A DNA stretch of 64,000 nucleotides from Eledone cirrhosa (GCA_964016885.1 CAXHJY010000129.1:18370-82369), one strand, 5' to 3'. Shown: positions 40,535 through 54,835, counted from the first letter of the stretch. Numbers and translations are program-made. Notes: generated by a model from the letters alone, not told the origin.

Positions 40535-43270
40535 AGGTCATTAAACGCGAGAATCATTAAACTCAGACTAGTCCTAAATAAAACAATAGCTACAATTATA
40601 TACACTTATGCACCCCAGGTTGCCAGATGAACTTAAGGATAGGTTTTATGAGTCCCTAATGCACACTACCACTCTAACAAATGACAATGAGTTCCTACTC
40701 ATTGCTGGGGACTTTAACGGACCTGTTGGGAAACATAGCGATGGCTCTATAGAGTCCAAATGAAGAAGGTTACAAGCTTCTAGAATTCTACGACACCAAC
40801 GACCTGTTGATATGTAACACTAACTTCAAAAAGCCCAACAACCACCTAATCACCTATAGATCAGGGGAGCTTACTAGTCAGATAGATTTTATCCTTACCA
40901 GAGGACGAGATAGATGGATGGTTGTTAACAAAAGGCCTTCCTGGGTGAAGAGTGTACCTCCCAACACAGCCTAGTAGTCAGTGGCCTGACTGTCAGAGCT
41001 AGAAAAAACTTGAATCAAAAGGCAACCTGGAGAAGAAAGATCTGGAAGCTGAAAGATCCCTCAGCCAGTAACAGATTCAAATATATTTTACTTGATGCCT
41101 ATGACAGTAGAGAAGAACAGATACAGACATTCAATGTAGTGGAGCACTGGGAGTTCCTAAAAATAACCTACTGAAAGCAGCAGATGAGATTTGTGGTTAG
41201 AGCAAGACTACAGGGAGAAGGAGACTGACTTGGTGGAGGAACAATAAGGTAGACAAAGCAATTAAAGCCAAGAGAGAAGCATGGAAACATTGGAAGAATG
41301 GGAGGAGCAGGATACATTACATAGAGACCAGGAGAGAAGCTAGGCGATAAGTATACTTAGCTAGGAGGGAAGCAGAGGATAGAAAATTCAAGCATATTTT
41401 GCAACATGAGGACCACAAACGGGAGGTGTTCAGGATTGTGAGGCAGTGTGTTAGTGAAAATTGTGATGTCATCAGTGAGAAGTGTATCCAGGATGATAAA
41501 GGTGCACTTTCCCTCACTCTGGGAAGAAAGAAGCGTGGAAAAGCCATTATGAAAGATTATTGAATGAGGAGAATGCATGGGAGAAAGAGACCCTACCCCA
41601 AGCAGACCCCATTGTAGGCCCAGCAGTACAAGTCAGTAGCAGTGTAGTAAGTAAGGCAATTAAGGATATGAAAACTGGGAAAGCAGCCGGTCCATCGGGA
41701 ATAGTTGCTGAGATGCAGAAAGAATCTGGGTCAGTAGGACACACCATAACCATGCATTTTGTAAACCAAGTAATACTGGATGGTGTCATACCATATGAGT
41801 GGCGCAGCATCATTGTCAATTGCTATAAGGGTAAAGGTGATGCACTAGATAGAGGAAACTGTAGAGGTATAAAGCTGATGGACCAGGTAATAAAAGTAAC
41901 TGAAAGAGTCATAGTACAGTTGATTAGGGACAGGATAAACCTAGATGAGATGCAGTTTGGATTTGTACCATGCAAAAGCATCACTGATGCCCTCTTCCTT
42001 GTGAGACAGTTACAGGAACTAAAAGTAAGCCTCTCTACCTAACATTTGTATATCTGGAGAAAGCTTTCGACAGCGTGCCTCATGACATAATTTGGTGGGC
42101 TCTTAGAAAACTTGGAGTAGATGAGTGGCTTGTGAAGGCTGTACAAGCCATGTATAGAGGAGCAGTTTAGCAAAGTCAGGATTAACAATAACTATAGCGA
42201 AGAATTTAGTGTCCAAGTTGGTTCTGCCCTTAGCCCGCTCCTGTTTATTATCATTTTGCAGGCTATAACAGAGGAGTTTAAGACTGGATGCCCATGTGAA
42301 CTTCTGTACGTGGATGATCTTACCCTCATAGCTGAATCCATAGGGGAACTAAAGAAGAAATTCCAAACATGGAAGAAGGGCCTAGAAATAAGGGGTCTTA
42401 AAGTCAACCTGACAAAGACTAATGTCCTAGTAAGTAGAAGAGAAAACAGAACACAGATCACCTCAGGGAAATGGACTTGTCCAGTATGTAGGAAAGGCAT
42501 TAGTAGAAATTCCATCCTCTGCCCATATGCAAAATGTGGGTACACTAGAGATGTAGTGGGATCTCAGGAAGTTTAGCTACGAATGTAGGATTTACGTGTG
42601 GCAGTTGCACTGGAACAGTAAGCAGCAAACAACTGCAGGAAACAAGCACTACCAAATTCTCAGAGGGCTCTGTAGAAACAGTAGACAGCTTCTGCTACTT
42701 GGGTGATCGAATTATCAGCAGTGGTAGGTGTTCTGATAGTACAGTAGCCAGAGTAAGAACAGGATGGATGAAGTTCAGGGAGCTACTACCACTGCTGGCT
42801 ACAAAAGGCTTCTCCCTCAGAATGAAAGGCAGACTGTATATTGCGTGCATATATACAGCTATGTTACATGGTAGTGAAACCTGGGTGCTGTGTGCAGAAA
42901 ACTTGGGTAGATTGGAAAGAAATGAAGCCTGTATGCTCCGATGGATGTGTAATAGTAATATACGCGAATGGCGAAGCATAAATCAACTGAGAAAGAAACT
43001 AGGTATAAGAGGAATCAAATGCTGTGTGCAGGAGACGAGATTGTGTTAGTATGGACAGGTGTTGCGTATGAAGGACGACAGCTGCATAAAAAAGTGCAGA
43101 GCGCTCAAAGTCGTTGGAAGCCTTGGAGTGGGGATACCCAAGAAGACCTGGGATGAGCTGACCTTGCCCAATTGCACCTCTGAGAGGAGATGACACATGA
43201 CCAGGATCTCTGGTGATATGCAGTAATACAGCCGACCCAACTTTCCATGGGCACAAGCTGAAGCATATGT
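40535..43270 (+). mobile_element. Near-full-length decayed RTE LINE (APE endonuclease + RT + PHD-like finger)
   Basis: YAPQ, IAGDFNG, QIDFIL, WW, MKTGKAAGPSG, QFGF, DLEKAFD, LYVDDL, ETW. Confidence 0.95.
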
Positions 43271-43879
43271 ACAGTTTGCACCCCCGTACAGTTTGATTCA
43301 TAGGAAATAGAAAAGATAAAAGAGAAAAGCAGATGGACCATTCCTACTCATTGGGTTTCTTTTGGAGGATCATTATAGTTGCAGATGCTTTATAAGACAG
43401 TACTATTCACCAGTGTATGAAAAGAAACTACAGGTTTATCCAGGGATAGTTATTTGGTATGAAAACACATCAAATGCTGGACCACAATACACGAAACAAA
43501 AGAAGAAGAAAAAGTTACATGCTGATATATATATATATGTGTGTGTCTGTGTGAATCATCATCATGATCACCGTTTTACATCCATTTTCCATACTAGCAT
43601 GGGTTATATATATGTGTGTGTATGTATATATATATACATAGCGAGTCATTACAAATTATTTTGGGGACCTTCATAGTAATATGAGAAGATGGAATTTGTA
43701 TCCTGTAGAACGACTATAATACTATTTTGACTGTTTGATTTAGCAGAACCTCTTTGGTGCCACTCATCAAGCAAAATATATGTATTTGATCATTAATGTT
43801 CCCTCTTCTCCCTCTCTCAGACCAAACTTTTAATAATCTTCTGTTTAAAATCTTAACCACTTTATATATGTTGATTTTG

Positions 43880-44130
43880 CTGTGGAAAAATGTGTCATGA
43901 TTATCTAGATATTCGGTGTCATAAGTAAGTTTAAGTAGGAGGCCCAGTTCATTTGTGTCAACATCGCAGAACTCCACTCTCACTGATTATTTTCACACAT
44001 TTTTCCACAGTAAAATCAATGTCAATGGATGGGTACAGAGATACTATTATGCAGTTAGTTAGGTGTTTGTTGTTGCATTCATTGATTCTACTGAGGGGGA
44101 CCTCTGTGATGTCGCATATATCTGGGGCCA
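43880..44130 (-). pseudogene. Highly decayed fragment of a divergent PLE-like reverse transcriptase
   Basis: VSLYPSIDIDFTVEKC..I.ESGVEFCDVD..ELGL.L across a frameshift resembles PLE RT motif A. Confidence 0.5.
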
Positions 44131-44294
44131 TCTTAATTATACACCCATAATTTAAAATGCTTGTTGTCTTATTTTCTTCCATAGCTGGAAAGTTTGTTTT
44201 TGTTAGAGCAGTTGTTTTTAAAGCTTTTTGCCTTTCCTTCTGGTAACAATATAACTATTATTATGTGGTAAGGTGTTGGCAGCCTGCATGCAAA

Positions 44295-44660
44295 CAGTTT
44301 GAACACAACACAGGTTTCAACACCCCCTACAATTTGAACACAACACAGTGTTTCAACACCCCCCACAATTTGAACACAACACAGGTTTCAACAACCCCAC
44401 AATTTGAACACAACACAGTGTTTCAACACCCCCCGCCACCCACACACAATTTGAACACAACACAGGTTTCAACAGCCCCCACAATTTGAACACAACATAG
44501 TGTTTCAACACCCCCACAATTTGAACACAACACAGGTTTCAACACCCCCACAATTTGAACACAACACAGTGTTTCAACACCCCCCACAATTTGAACACAA
44601 CACAGTTTAAACATGACACAATTTGAACACAACACAGTAAAGATACCACCCATAGTTTGA
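44295..44660. repeat. ~35-bp minisatellite, about 10 copies
   Basis: Unit CAATTTGAACACAACACAG(T)GTTTCAACACCCCCA. Confidence 0.92.
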
Positions 44661-45699
44661 ATACATCACCATTCACTAGCACAGTAATTGTGCCTTGTTT
44701 TATATATCAATACCACACCCACTCACACTCATAATTATACTCAAATATGCGACAACATTAGGGAACAAATCAATTTTTTAAATATTGATTTTATGTAAAG
44801 TTAAATTAGGTTTTCTTTCACTAATGCCAGAGTTTGTATTATAAATTCCTTTGTATTCATAGTTTTTAAGATATCTCGCACCTTGTAAGACACAAAATAA
44901 TATGTTGACAGAGTAAATATGGTAATTTCTATCATGAAATGTAATTACTTTGATTCATTAAGTTTTATAAACTTAAAAATCTTCTTTATAGTAACATTAA
45001 AAACGTTATTGATCACCTAATTTCTTTCTTTAATTTTTTTCATTTGTCAAGATGGCTAATTTATCAATAAACAAGATCATACCCTTATTCATTAAGTCTT
45101 TCACTAACAGCTCATTATGACAAGATTCTATGTGAAATTACAAAGTAATGGCTATTAAATTGAAGAAAATTTGTTTTTAATTTTAAGGTAAACTTAAGAA
45201 ATCTTTTAATGCAAACTTCAGTGATACTAAGAAACAGATATATAGTTGTTAGATGTTGTATCGAGCTGTAAGCTGTTCCCATTACTAAAAATGTTCATAT
45301 AAAAAACTAAAGAGTAACGTAATATTTAATGGCAAATGTGAGTAATATTTTTCTAGTTTCAGTGATAGGACTGTGGCCATTCTGTAGCATTCAAAGAGTT
45401 TTAGTTACTTATATTGACCCCATGTATTGACTTTTGTCCCAAAACGTCATAAATGCCTCAGGATATTTACATAATATACAAAAACACATGTGTAACTCCT
45501 TCTGCACACACACACATACAGGCACACACACACATAGACACACAGACACACACACATACAAAGTATTGGTTATGTTTATCTCTTCTTTGATCAATCCTGA
45601 TCAAGGAGACCTATATTCAAAGGTTCTTCCAGCCATGACCATCTGTCTCATTTTTTGGGGGGTGGGGGTGGATAATGTTTCCAAAGTGCCTATTTTATA

Positions 45700-46120
45700 G
45701 CATATAATATTTTATTGAAGACAGTATGGTGCAATTTGAGTAAAGGAATTGGTTGCTATATTTAGCAAATCGAATAATCCACCCCATAGCACTCTCTCTC
45801 AAGTTTACATGTAAGCTTTTTGGGGGTATAGTGAATCAATAGTGTAAATTCTGTGGCATATAATATTTTATTAACAACAGTACCATATAATTTGAGTGAA
45901 GGAATTGGCTGCTATCTTTAGCAAATTGAATGACCACCTAGAAGCTCTCTCTCTCAGCTTACATGTGAGTTTGTTGGTGATGTACTGTATCTATAATGTA
46001 TCCTTTATGACAATATTTTATTAAAACAGTAGTGTGCAATTTGAATGAAGGAATTGATTGCTATCTTTAGCAAATTGAATGACCACCTAGAAGCTCTCCC
46101 TCTAGTTTACATGTGAACTT
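45700..46120. repeat. Three diverged ~155-bp tandem units
   Basis: AATTTGAGTGAAGGAATTGG.TGCTAT.TTTAGCAAAT.GAAT recurs three times. Confidence 0.8.
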
Positions 46121-46579
46121 TAGGACTGAAAGTTAAAAGATGACCCATTTTAAGTAAAACTGTTCATTGAAATCACTTTAATTACTACAGTGACAATAAC
46201 AATATGTAGCTGGATCTCATAAAACATCAAAACATCACATGCCACCATTAAAAGACTCTATTAGAGACTGCATAAATATTCTAAAGCCTATGTTCTCAAC
46301 ATCGTTAGCAAATGAAAACAATTCCTCAATATGAAATATGAAACAAGCCATGGAAACTACAGTTTACTAACAGCTGACAGCTGCAAATCCAATATCTTTT
46401 TAATGATCAATAATAATCCAATAATTGGTTGAACATTATATAAAGTTTCATGTTTGATTTTTTATTATTGAATCTGTTGGCTTTTACATGTTGTTGTTAT
46501 TGTTGTTGTTTAGCTCCAGATCAACTTTGTTTAAGTAGACCCGTGATCAAGGGTATTTCGACCAAGCAATGATAACCCA

Positions 46580-46773
46580 GGCGGTGGATTGGCAGTATCG
46601 GTAGAGGGTCGGACGCCATGTTTTGCAGCAAAGAGTTATGACCCTTTATGGTCTGAGTTCAAATCCCGCCGAGGTTAACTTTGCCTTTCATCCTTACGGG
46701 GTCAATAAAATAAAGTACCAGTAATACTGGGATAATTGCTGGCCTTGTGCCAAAAGTAGAAACAATTATTTAT
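46580..46773 (+). mobile_element. Full-length tRNA-derived SINE with Nin/Deu-like core
   Basis: A-box TGGCAGTATCGG, B-box GAGTTCAAATCC, core GCCTTTCATCCTTACGGGGTC.ATAAAATAAAGTACCAG, and an (ATT)n tail. Confidence 0.88.
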
Positions 46774-46862
46774 TTAGGGCATGTCATTAGCCAACATGTC
46801 CAGCCTTTACTAAAATGGTAGGGTGAGGTTTGGGAGTGATTTAGCATGCTATTCCTAGCCAG

Positions 46863-47104
46863 TTAACCCTTTAGTTACCAACCCAGCCAAAACCTGCTCT
46901 GGTTCTATGAAATAAAACCACCCATTTTAAAGGCTTCCAATTTAAATTAAAACCTTCCAACATAATTTTATATAAGAACCTTACATCAAGGTACTATCTT
47001 ACTAATGAAATAATTAATGATTTTAGTAAATCCCTCAAAATTCTTCATTAATTAATTAAAATAGAAATGTGATCACATTAGAAATGTGATCATGAAAGAG
47101 TTAA
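46863..47104. mobile_element. Possible TTAA-flanked (piggyBac-like) MITE
   Basis: TTAA-CCCTTT ... AAAGAG-TTAA. A similar left end occurs at ~54945. Confidence 0.5.
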
Positions 47105-48489
47105 GTAACCATGTAAGATGATCCATTATGTAACTGAAATGCTCCTATGTTAGATTTACTTCATGTTGCTTGGATGATATTACATTAATTCAATCCACTC
47201 CAGAAAATATTTGGTCTCAATTTCTCTCTATTTGAAAAAATGTGGTAGGCCGTAAAGGACTTTAATTGATGATGGAAAAATTTTTGACTTTTTTATGTAT
47301 GTGAATAGCTTCATAAGGAAAAAAAATTAGCTACTTTAATAAATCCTTTCAAATTTGTTATTACTTTTAAAATTTATTTAAATACATAAGAAATGGTCAT
47401 GAATGTGGCCATGAAATGGTTAACATCTTTTAAAAAATATAAATAAGATGCTAAAAATAAAGTACAGAAAAGAAGCAAAAATAAACCATCCTTATTCTAA
47501 ACCTGAAAATTGAGTTAGTAAATTAAAATAGCAAATTTGCAATGTTTATATTTATAGGCTGTCCAATGGTGAAAAAAGTCTAGCAATACTCTGTATATTC
47601 ATGAAAATTGTAAAAAATTCAAAATAAAAATAATTTGAGCTCTTTTTTAAAAATATTTTTTATAAGTTTAGTTTCTAAAAATTCCATTCTGGATACTTTT
47701 ACAAACCCATGATTAAAAAGCTTTCACTGCTATCAGACATTCCCATTATATTCTAAATTTTCTATTTTGATTTATATAGTTATTTATATAGTCATTTCTA
47801 GCAACTTCTCAAATATCCTGTATTTCTCTCAATAATATTTGTTTTACTTGTTAGAGCCAACTTTAAGTCACTCTGTGTTTTAAGTTACCATATATATAAT
47901 CCAAACCAAATATAAGCCAACCCTTATTTTATATCTGAGAAATAGGTAAAAGTCCAAACCCCATTTATAAGCTGAGGTAGGTACTCAATATATTATGTTT
48001 AAATGGTGCAGTTATGAAATTCTCATGTTGTAAGTGTTGTTTAGAGTATAGTTTTTGCTTCACAACTACATTATGTAACAGTTTTTTGTTACCAGTTTCT
48101 AATACTTTTGAAGGCCGTATTCATTCAAAACACACCAAAAACCAATATGAAAAACAATTTTCACATCGAAAGTGAAACTGGTTTAATACACATCTCAAAA
48201 AATATTTCAGCTGCCTATTTACGTAGAATTTTGAAGTTGGTGAAAATCAGCAAAATATTAATCCTCAATATAAGCAGACACTCCATTTTACCTTCGATTT
48301 TTTTGTCACATATTTCTCAGCTTATATCGAAGTATATACAGTAGTTCTAGCAATAACAACATTGTCAATATTAAGAGTGTTACATATAAATTTGAGACCT
48401 ATGTTCCCAAAGAATTATTCTAATGACAGAAGTCTCTGAATGATGTTACTTAATATTCTTCCTTTTCTTGCTTCTTCTTGCTTCTTGTG

Positions 48490-48885
48490 TCTCCTGGTAA
48501 GGATATAATCTACCTGGCTTATGTGTTCCCCCGATCTATATGTGATCTCCTTTTTTGAAGTTAGTGTTACAGATAGTTAGGTTATTTGCGTCACAGAATT
48601 CCAGGATTCTGGAGTTTTCCTCATTTCTAGTACCAAACCCATAGCCTCCATGGATTCCGTCATAGCCATCACAATGTTGTCCAACGTGACCATTTAGGTC
48701 GCCAGCAATAATTATATAGTCACTGTCAGTTATTTGGGAGATAGTGAGCATCAGTGTCTCATAGAATCTGTCTTTTATAGTACCGGGCATTCCGGATTGT
48801 GGTGCGTATGCAGATATTACTGTCACAGTAGTTCTATTTAGAACAAGTCTTATTTTAATTATTCTGTCGTTCACTCTATTTACGT
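48490..48885 (-). mobile_element. RTE LINE APE-endonuclease fragment
   Basis: ISAYAPQ, IIAGDLNGHVG, GFGTRN, ICNTNFKK, QVDYIL. Confidence 0.92.
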
Positions 48886-49605
48886 CATTATCATCATTTT
48901 ACGTCTGCTTATCCCTGCTTGCAAGGGTAGTATATATGTATGTGTATATATATTGTGAATATATATCATGTAAAGAATATACTTCAGTTTATATTAAAAG
49001 ATAATAATAATGTATTAAAGGTTATTTATTCATTTTTGTATTTTAGTTTCATAGACTGGTTATTTGATTATTCTTGACAAGAAAATGTATCTCTCAATTG
49101 TTGGTCTCTTTATTCATTTATACCTAATTATTAAAATCATAATGCTTTTTTTTTTCTTTCAAAGAGTATTGTTGTCATCACTAACTGTGAACTCTTGATG
49201 ACTCATTGCTATCAGGCAATTTGATATTTTCTGTTCATCTAGTGTTGATATTTTGTATTAGCTCATTTCAGAATTTCAAATGTAATTACCACACTGTTCA
49301 ATATCAGTTGATCTCATCTTGCATTATTAACTGCTACAGCAATATTTCTCACACTAGATCAGAAATTGACTTATGTATTTGTCAGCAAATGTTCATTATC
49401 TACTGCAAAAAAAAAAAAAAATCAAGAACAAATAAATGCCTGCGTATAATAGATGAGATCCTAAGTTTAATGGATAATTGATAGCATTCCTTCTGTAGAA
49501 TAATTTTATCTGCTAGAAATAGCAAGCAGAATCTCCTGAAATCACATATCATTTTCTTAACAGAAGAAAGTTGTTAGAATATGTGTAGACTTATATATAT
49601 ATATA

Positions 49606-49878
49606 TCATCATCATCACCGTTTTACGTCTGTTCTTCCACGCTAGCTTGGGTTAGATGGGTTGTCCTGTTGTGGGCAGTGTCCGGTCGGCTGACCATGCC
49701 TTGCTCATACGGGAACTGATTCTGACTTGATTTCTACAGCTGGATGCCCTTCCTAACACCAACCTCATTTACAGTGAATGCTGGGTGCTTTCTTTCCGTG
49801 GGACCTACACGTCCACTTTACAGTGTGGACTGGGTGCTTTTTTTGCCATGACACCTTCACAAACCACTTTGCAGTGGG
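49606..49878 (-). mobile_element. RTE-tailed SINE-like repeat joined to the 3' end of the following LINE
   Basis: Same family as 28060. Confidence 0.75.
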
Positions 49879-49879
49879 A

Positions 49880-52742
49880 GGGTGTGGGGGCATATTGTCT
49901 ATATGCTTCAGCTTTGGCTTGTACCTGTGGGGGGTCGGGTCTTCTGTATTACTGCGTGACGCCAGAGGTCACAGTCATGTGTCATCACCTTTGAGAGGTG
50001 TAATTGTGTAAGGTCGGCTTTTATCACCTCATCCCAGGTCTTTTTGGGTCTCCCAACTCCACGGTTTCCATCGACTTCTAATGCTCTGCACCTTTTTATG
50101 CAGCTGTCATCCTTCATATGCATCACATGTCTATACGAACGCAACCTCCTCTCCTGCACACAGCATTTGATTCCTCTTATACTCAGTCTTTCTCTCAATT
50201 CGCTTATGCTTTGCCGTTTGTGTATATTATTATTACACATCCATCGAAGCATGCAGGCTTCATTTCTTTCTAATCTACGAAGTCCTCCACAGACAGCGGC
50301 CAGGTCTCACTACCATGTAACATTGCTGTTCGTATACACGCATCATACAGTCTGCCTTTCATTTTGAGGGAAAAGCCTTTTGCAGCTAGCAGTGGTAGTA
50401 GCTCCCTGAACTTCTTCCATCCCAATCTTACCCTAGTTATTGTACTTTCCAAACACCCACCTCTGCTGCTAATTCGGTCACCTAGGTAGCATAAGCTGTC
50501 TACTGTTTCTACAGAGCCCCCAGAGTTTGGTGGTACTTGTTTCCTGTGGCTGTTTGCTGTCCCAGCACAGCTGCTACTTGTGAAGCCTACATTCTTAGTT
50601 TAAGCTTCCTGAGATCCCGCTACATCTCTTGTGTACTCATTGTTTGCATTTGGAGCAGAGAATGAAGTTCCTACCTACACCTTTCCTGCATACTGAGTAA
50701 GGCCATTTCCCGGGAGGGATCTGGGTGCTGTTTTCTCATCTACAAACCGTAGTCTTTGTCAGGTTGACTTTGAGACCCTTTCTTTCTAGTCCCAGCTTCC
50801 AAGTTTGGAATTTCTTCTCTAGTTCTACCATAGATTCAGCTATAAGTGCGAGGTCATCTGCATACAGGAGTTCCATGGGCATCCGGTCTTAAACTCCTCT
50901 GTTATTGCCTGCAGAACTATGATGAACAGGAGAGGGCTAAGAACAGAGCCCTGGTGGACACTGACCTGTACGTTAAATTCCTCGCTATAGTCATTGCTAA
51001 TCCTAACTTTGCTGACTGCGCCCCTATACATGGCTTGCTTTCACAAGCCATTCATCTGCTCCTAGTTTTCTAAGAGCCCACCAGATGATAGCACGGGGAA
51101 CTTTGTCAAAGGCTTTCTCAAGATCGACGAATGCCAGGTAGAGCAGCTTACTTTTAGCTTGGTACTTTTCCTGTAACTGCCTCAAAGGAAGAGGGCATCA
51201 GTGGTGCCTCTTCCTGGGACAAACCCAAATTGCCACTCATTTAGTTTCACCCGGTCCCTAATCAATTGTGCTATAACTCTTTCTGTTACTTTCATGACCT
51301 GGTCGATCAGCTTTACACCTCTATAGTTTCCTCTATCTAGTGCATCACCTTTACCCTTGTAGCAGTTGACAATGATGCTACTGCCCCAATCCTTTGGTAT
51401 GACACCTTCTAGTATTACCTGGTTAACAATATGTGTGGTTATGGTGTCCCCTACCGACCCAGATGCCTTCAGCATCTCTGCAGCTATACCCGATGGACCG
51501 GTTGCCTTCCCCGTCTTCATATCTTTGATTGCCTTACTTACTGCTGCTGACTTGTACTGCTGGCCCCTCTATAGTGTCTACTTGGGGTAGGGTCTCTTCT
51601 TCCCATGCATTTTCCTCATTTAGTAATCTTTTATAATGGCTCTTCCACGCATCTTTCTTCTCAACACTTGTGATGGCAAGCTCACCTTTACCATTCTGGA
51701 TACACTTCTCTCCAATGACATCACAATTCTCTCTGACACACTGCCTCGCAATCTTGAACACCTCCTGTTTCTGGTCCTCACGTTGCAAAATATGCTTGAA
51801 TTTTCTATCCTCTGCTTCCCTCCTAGCTAAGTATACTTGTCACCTAGCTTCCCTCCTGGTCTCTATGTAATGTACCCTGCTTCCCCCGTTCTTCCATTCT
51901 TTCCATGCATGTCTCTTGGCCTTAACTGCCTCATCTACCTTATTGTTCTACCACCAAGTCATTCTCCGCCTGCCTGTGGTCTTACTCCAGCCACAGATCT
52001 CATCCGTCACCTTTAGTAAGTTAATTTTTAGGAACTCCCAGTGCTCTTCTACATTGAATGTCTGTATCTGTTCTTTACTCTCATAGGCGTTGAGTAACAT
52101 ATCGTTAAATCTATTACTGGCTGAGGGGTCTTTCAGCTTCCAGATCTTTCTTCTCCAGGTTGGCTTCTGTTTCTAGGTTCGTCTAGTTCTGACTGTGAGG
52201 TTGCTGACGACTAAGTTATGTTGGGAGGTACATTCCTCACTAAGGAAGGCTTTTGTGTTTATGACCGTCCATCTGTCACGTCCTCTGATGAGGATAAAAT
52301 CTATTTGATTAGAATGCTCCCCTGATATATAGGTGATCAGATGGTTAACCGGATTTTTTGAAGTTTGTCTTACATATTGACATGTCATTGGCGTCGCAGA
52401 ATTCTAGAAGCCTGAAGCCTTCTTCATTTCGTGTGCCAACCCCATGGCCTCCATGGACTCTATAGAAGCCGTCAGTGTTTACCAACATGTCCGTTAAAAT
52501 CTCCTGCAATGATTAAGAAATCATTGTCGTTTGTTAGAGCAGTAGTGTGCATTAGGGACTCGTAAAACCTATCTTTAAGTTCGTCTGGCAAACCCGATTG
52601 GGGTGCGTGAGCTGATATTATTGTGGTAATTGTTTTATTCAGGTCTAGTCTGAGTTTAATGATTCTTGCATTCACCCTGTTCACCTAGATTACTTTATCT
52701 ACCCATTTGTCAGCTAGTAGGATACCTACATCACCCAACCCA
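49880..52742 (-). mobile_element. Near-full-length decayed RTE LINE (APE + RT + PHD-like finger)
   Basis: Colinear ORF fragments IIAGDFNGHVG, QIDFIL, NYRGVKL, QFGFVPGRGTTDA, HQGSVLSPLLF, GRPKKTW. Confidence 0.96.
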
Positions 52743-53826
52743 TCATCATTTGCCACCCAGAAAAAATTTGTAGCACTTTGTGCCTGCGCAGGTGTACATA
52801 ATAACCAATATGGACATTGCATATGCCCTTCCACAAGCAAATGTATCTAGTAATGTATGTCCGTGTGGCTCCGTGTATCTTCTGTGTATGCATGTGTGGG
52901 GCGATGTATGCGTGTATGTATATTTACATTGATGCATGTGTGGATGTGCATATGTCTCTGGGTGCATGTGTGCACATGTATATTTATATTTCTTTTTATA
53001 TTCTGTCCACACAATATGCACCACACCGATATCTTGCCTTTACCCTCAGTTATTTTAGCAACCTTTTCAAAACATTTGTTTATAGTCTTTTCAAACCTCA
53101 TACCATAATTCATTATTTCATTAATTCTCTATAGCACAATTTACCTTTAACGATGTCTAAACAGCTTACAAGTAAGCTTCACCCCAACCTAGTATAACCT
53201 ACCGCTGTTATGCCCCCCCCCCCCTCCTTTCTTTCCACTCATTCTTCCATAACAAACTGATGACCAGCAGAAGCCCCCCCTACCCTTACTACAGCATTGC
53301 ACCCTTTCCATCCCCCACCCCCCCGCCACACTCACATCAACCATCACTCCCCACCACCACCTCGTCACTATACCCCCCCACCTCGTCACTATACCCCCCT
53401 CCACCTATCACGCATGCCAAACCATTCCTCATAGCTAAACCACCAATCAAAACAACATAAACTGACCACCATATGAATGTGAAACATTACAGACATTTCT
53501 ATGTTTTATATGTTCATTCTGTCATTACCACAGCAGAGGTCCGACAAGCTTTTGATTCCATAGTTGGGCCAGATCAATACAGAATAAACCTTGAGCTGGT
53601 CAATAGCGAAAGGCGCATCACCAATCAATAAATGTGATGAAGACATAACAAACTATCCTTGTATTATTATATTTACATTCTGTTTAGCTCTACACTTCAC
53701 TACAGACGTGAATCTAAACATCAAGTGCTCACCTGAGCGAACCTACAGTAACCTTACGTTACACTCCCTGGATATATATATTATTCAGAATAATAATAAA
53801 TGAAGACATTCACATAATCAAAATAT

Positions 53827-53896
53827 ATGTTTTATTATATATATTTCGAAGGTACTGTGCTGTTTTTTCAGTACGTCCTCATCAGATAAAATACAT
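53827..53896 (-). ncRNA. Type I hammerhead ribozyme motif, intact core
   Basis: ATG-TA-TTTTAT-CTGATGA-GGACGTACTG-loop-CAGTACCTTC-GAAA-TATATA-TA-ATAAAA-CAT. Confidence 0.85.
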
Positions 53897-54227
53897 GAAT
53901 TGATGTATGACATACCTCAACTGTCTTGATGGTTCAATTCCAGTATTGGCAGGTTATATATATATATATATTGCATATATATATATATTGCATATATATA
54001 TATATATATATATTGCATATATATATATATACATCTATTGCATATATATATATATTTGCAATGAAGAAGTAAAATAAAGAAATTTATTTTAAGTTTATAT
54101 GAAATTAATACCAGATGTGATTAGTTTAACCAATAAGACATAATGAGAGAATTGGGTTACAGTTTAGTGATGTTCTAACATGTATAATAATTGAGTTTAA
54201 TATAATTATGAGACATTGCTAGTAAAT

Positions 54228-54360
54228 TAATTGTTTCTACGTTTGGCACAAGGCTAGCAATTACCCAGTGCATTACTGGTACTTTATTTTATCAACCGAT
54301 GAAAGACAAAGTGAACTCAGAATGCCAAGGGCCATAACTCTATGTGTCAAAGCATGGCAT
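54228..54360 (-). mobile_element. tRNA-derived Nin/Deu-like SINE, internally deleted
   Basis: Match to the 46580 family. Confidence 0.75.
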
Positions 54361-54589
54361 GAGATGTATTTGTGTACAGCTTTACTTTTGCTAAATTGTA
54401 AGATTAAGGTGGGTTGAGAAATTGAAACACTATGGTTTTGATATTCTCATTCCCTTCTTCTGCCCAGGTCTTCTATAGGTTCCTTTCACTAAAATCTCCA
54501 AGCATATGAGATATTCTTTCTCTTGCCTTCACTGGTGCCAAACAAAATTAAAAAAATGTCTAAAGTCTGTTATGAACCTGGAGACTTGT

Positions 54590-54835
54590 CAAGCTGGTGC
54601 TTATCCCAGTTTCTGTGGTGTGAAGCAACTGAGAGTATAAGACTTCACCCTAGTGAAGACACTATTCCCTTACAGGGTTAAATCCCCAGCTATTGCTGGT
54701 ACTCGTTTTCAGCTGAGTATACTGGAGCAATAGGAAATGGAGTGTTTTGCTCAAGAACAAAACACAGAACCCAGTCCAGGAATTGAGCCCATGACATTAG
54801 GATCATAAGTCCAACACTCTTACCACTAGGCCATG
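54590..54835 (-). mobile_element. tRNA-derived SINE with CORE-like domain
   Basis: TGGCCTAGTGGTAAGAGTG (A box), GGCTCAATTCC (B box), GTTCTTGAGCAAAACACT core. Confidence 0.75.

Noticed and set aside
46580-46773. tRNA gene
   Set aside because: A and B boxes are present, but there is no cloverleaf and a SINE core and tail follow.
40535-52742. The two long RTE copies as arms of one composite element
   Set aside because: They are visibly diverged with independent lesions, and have no shared termini or TSD.
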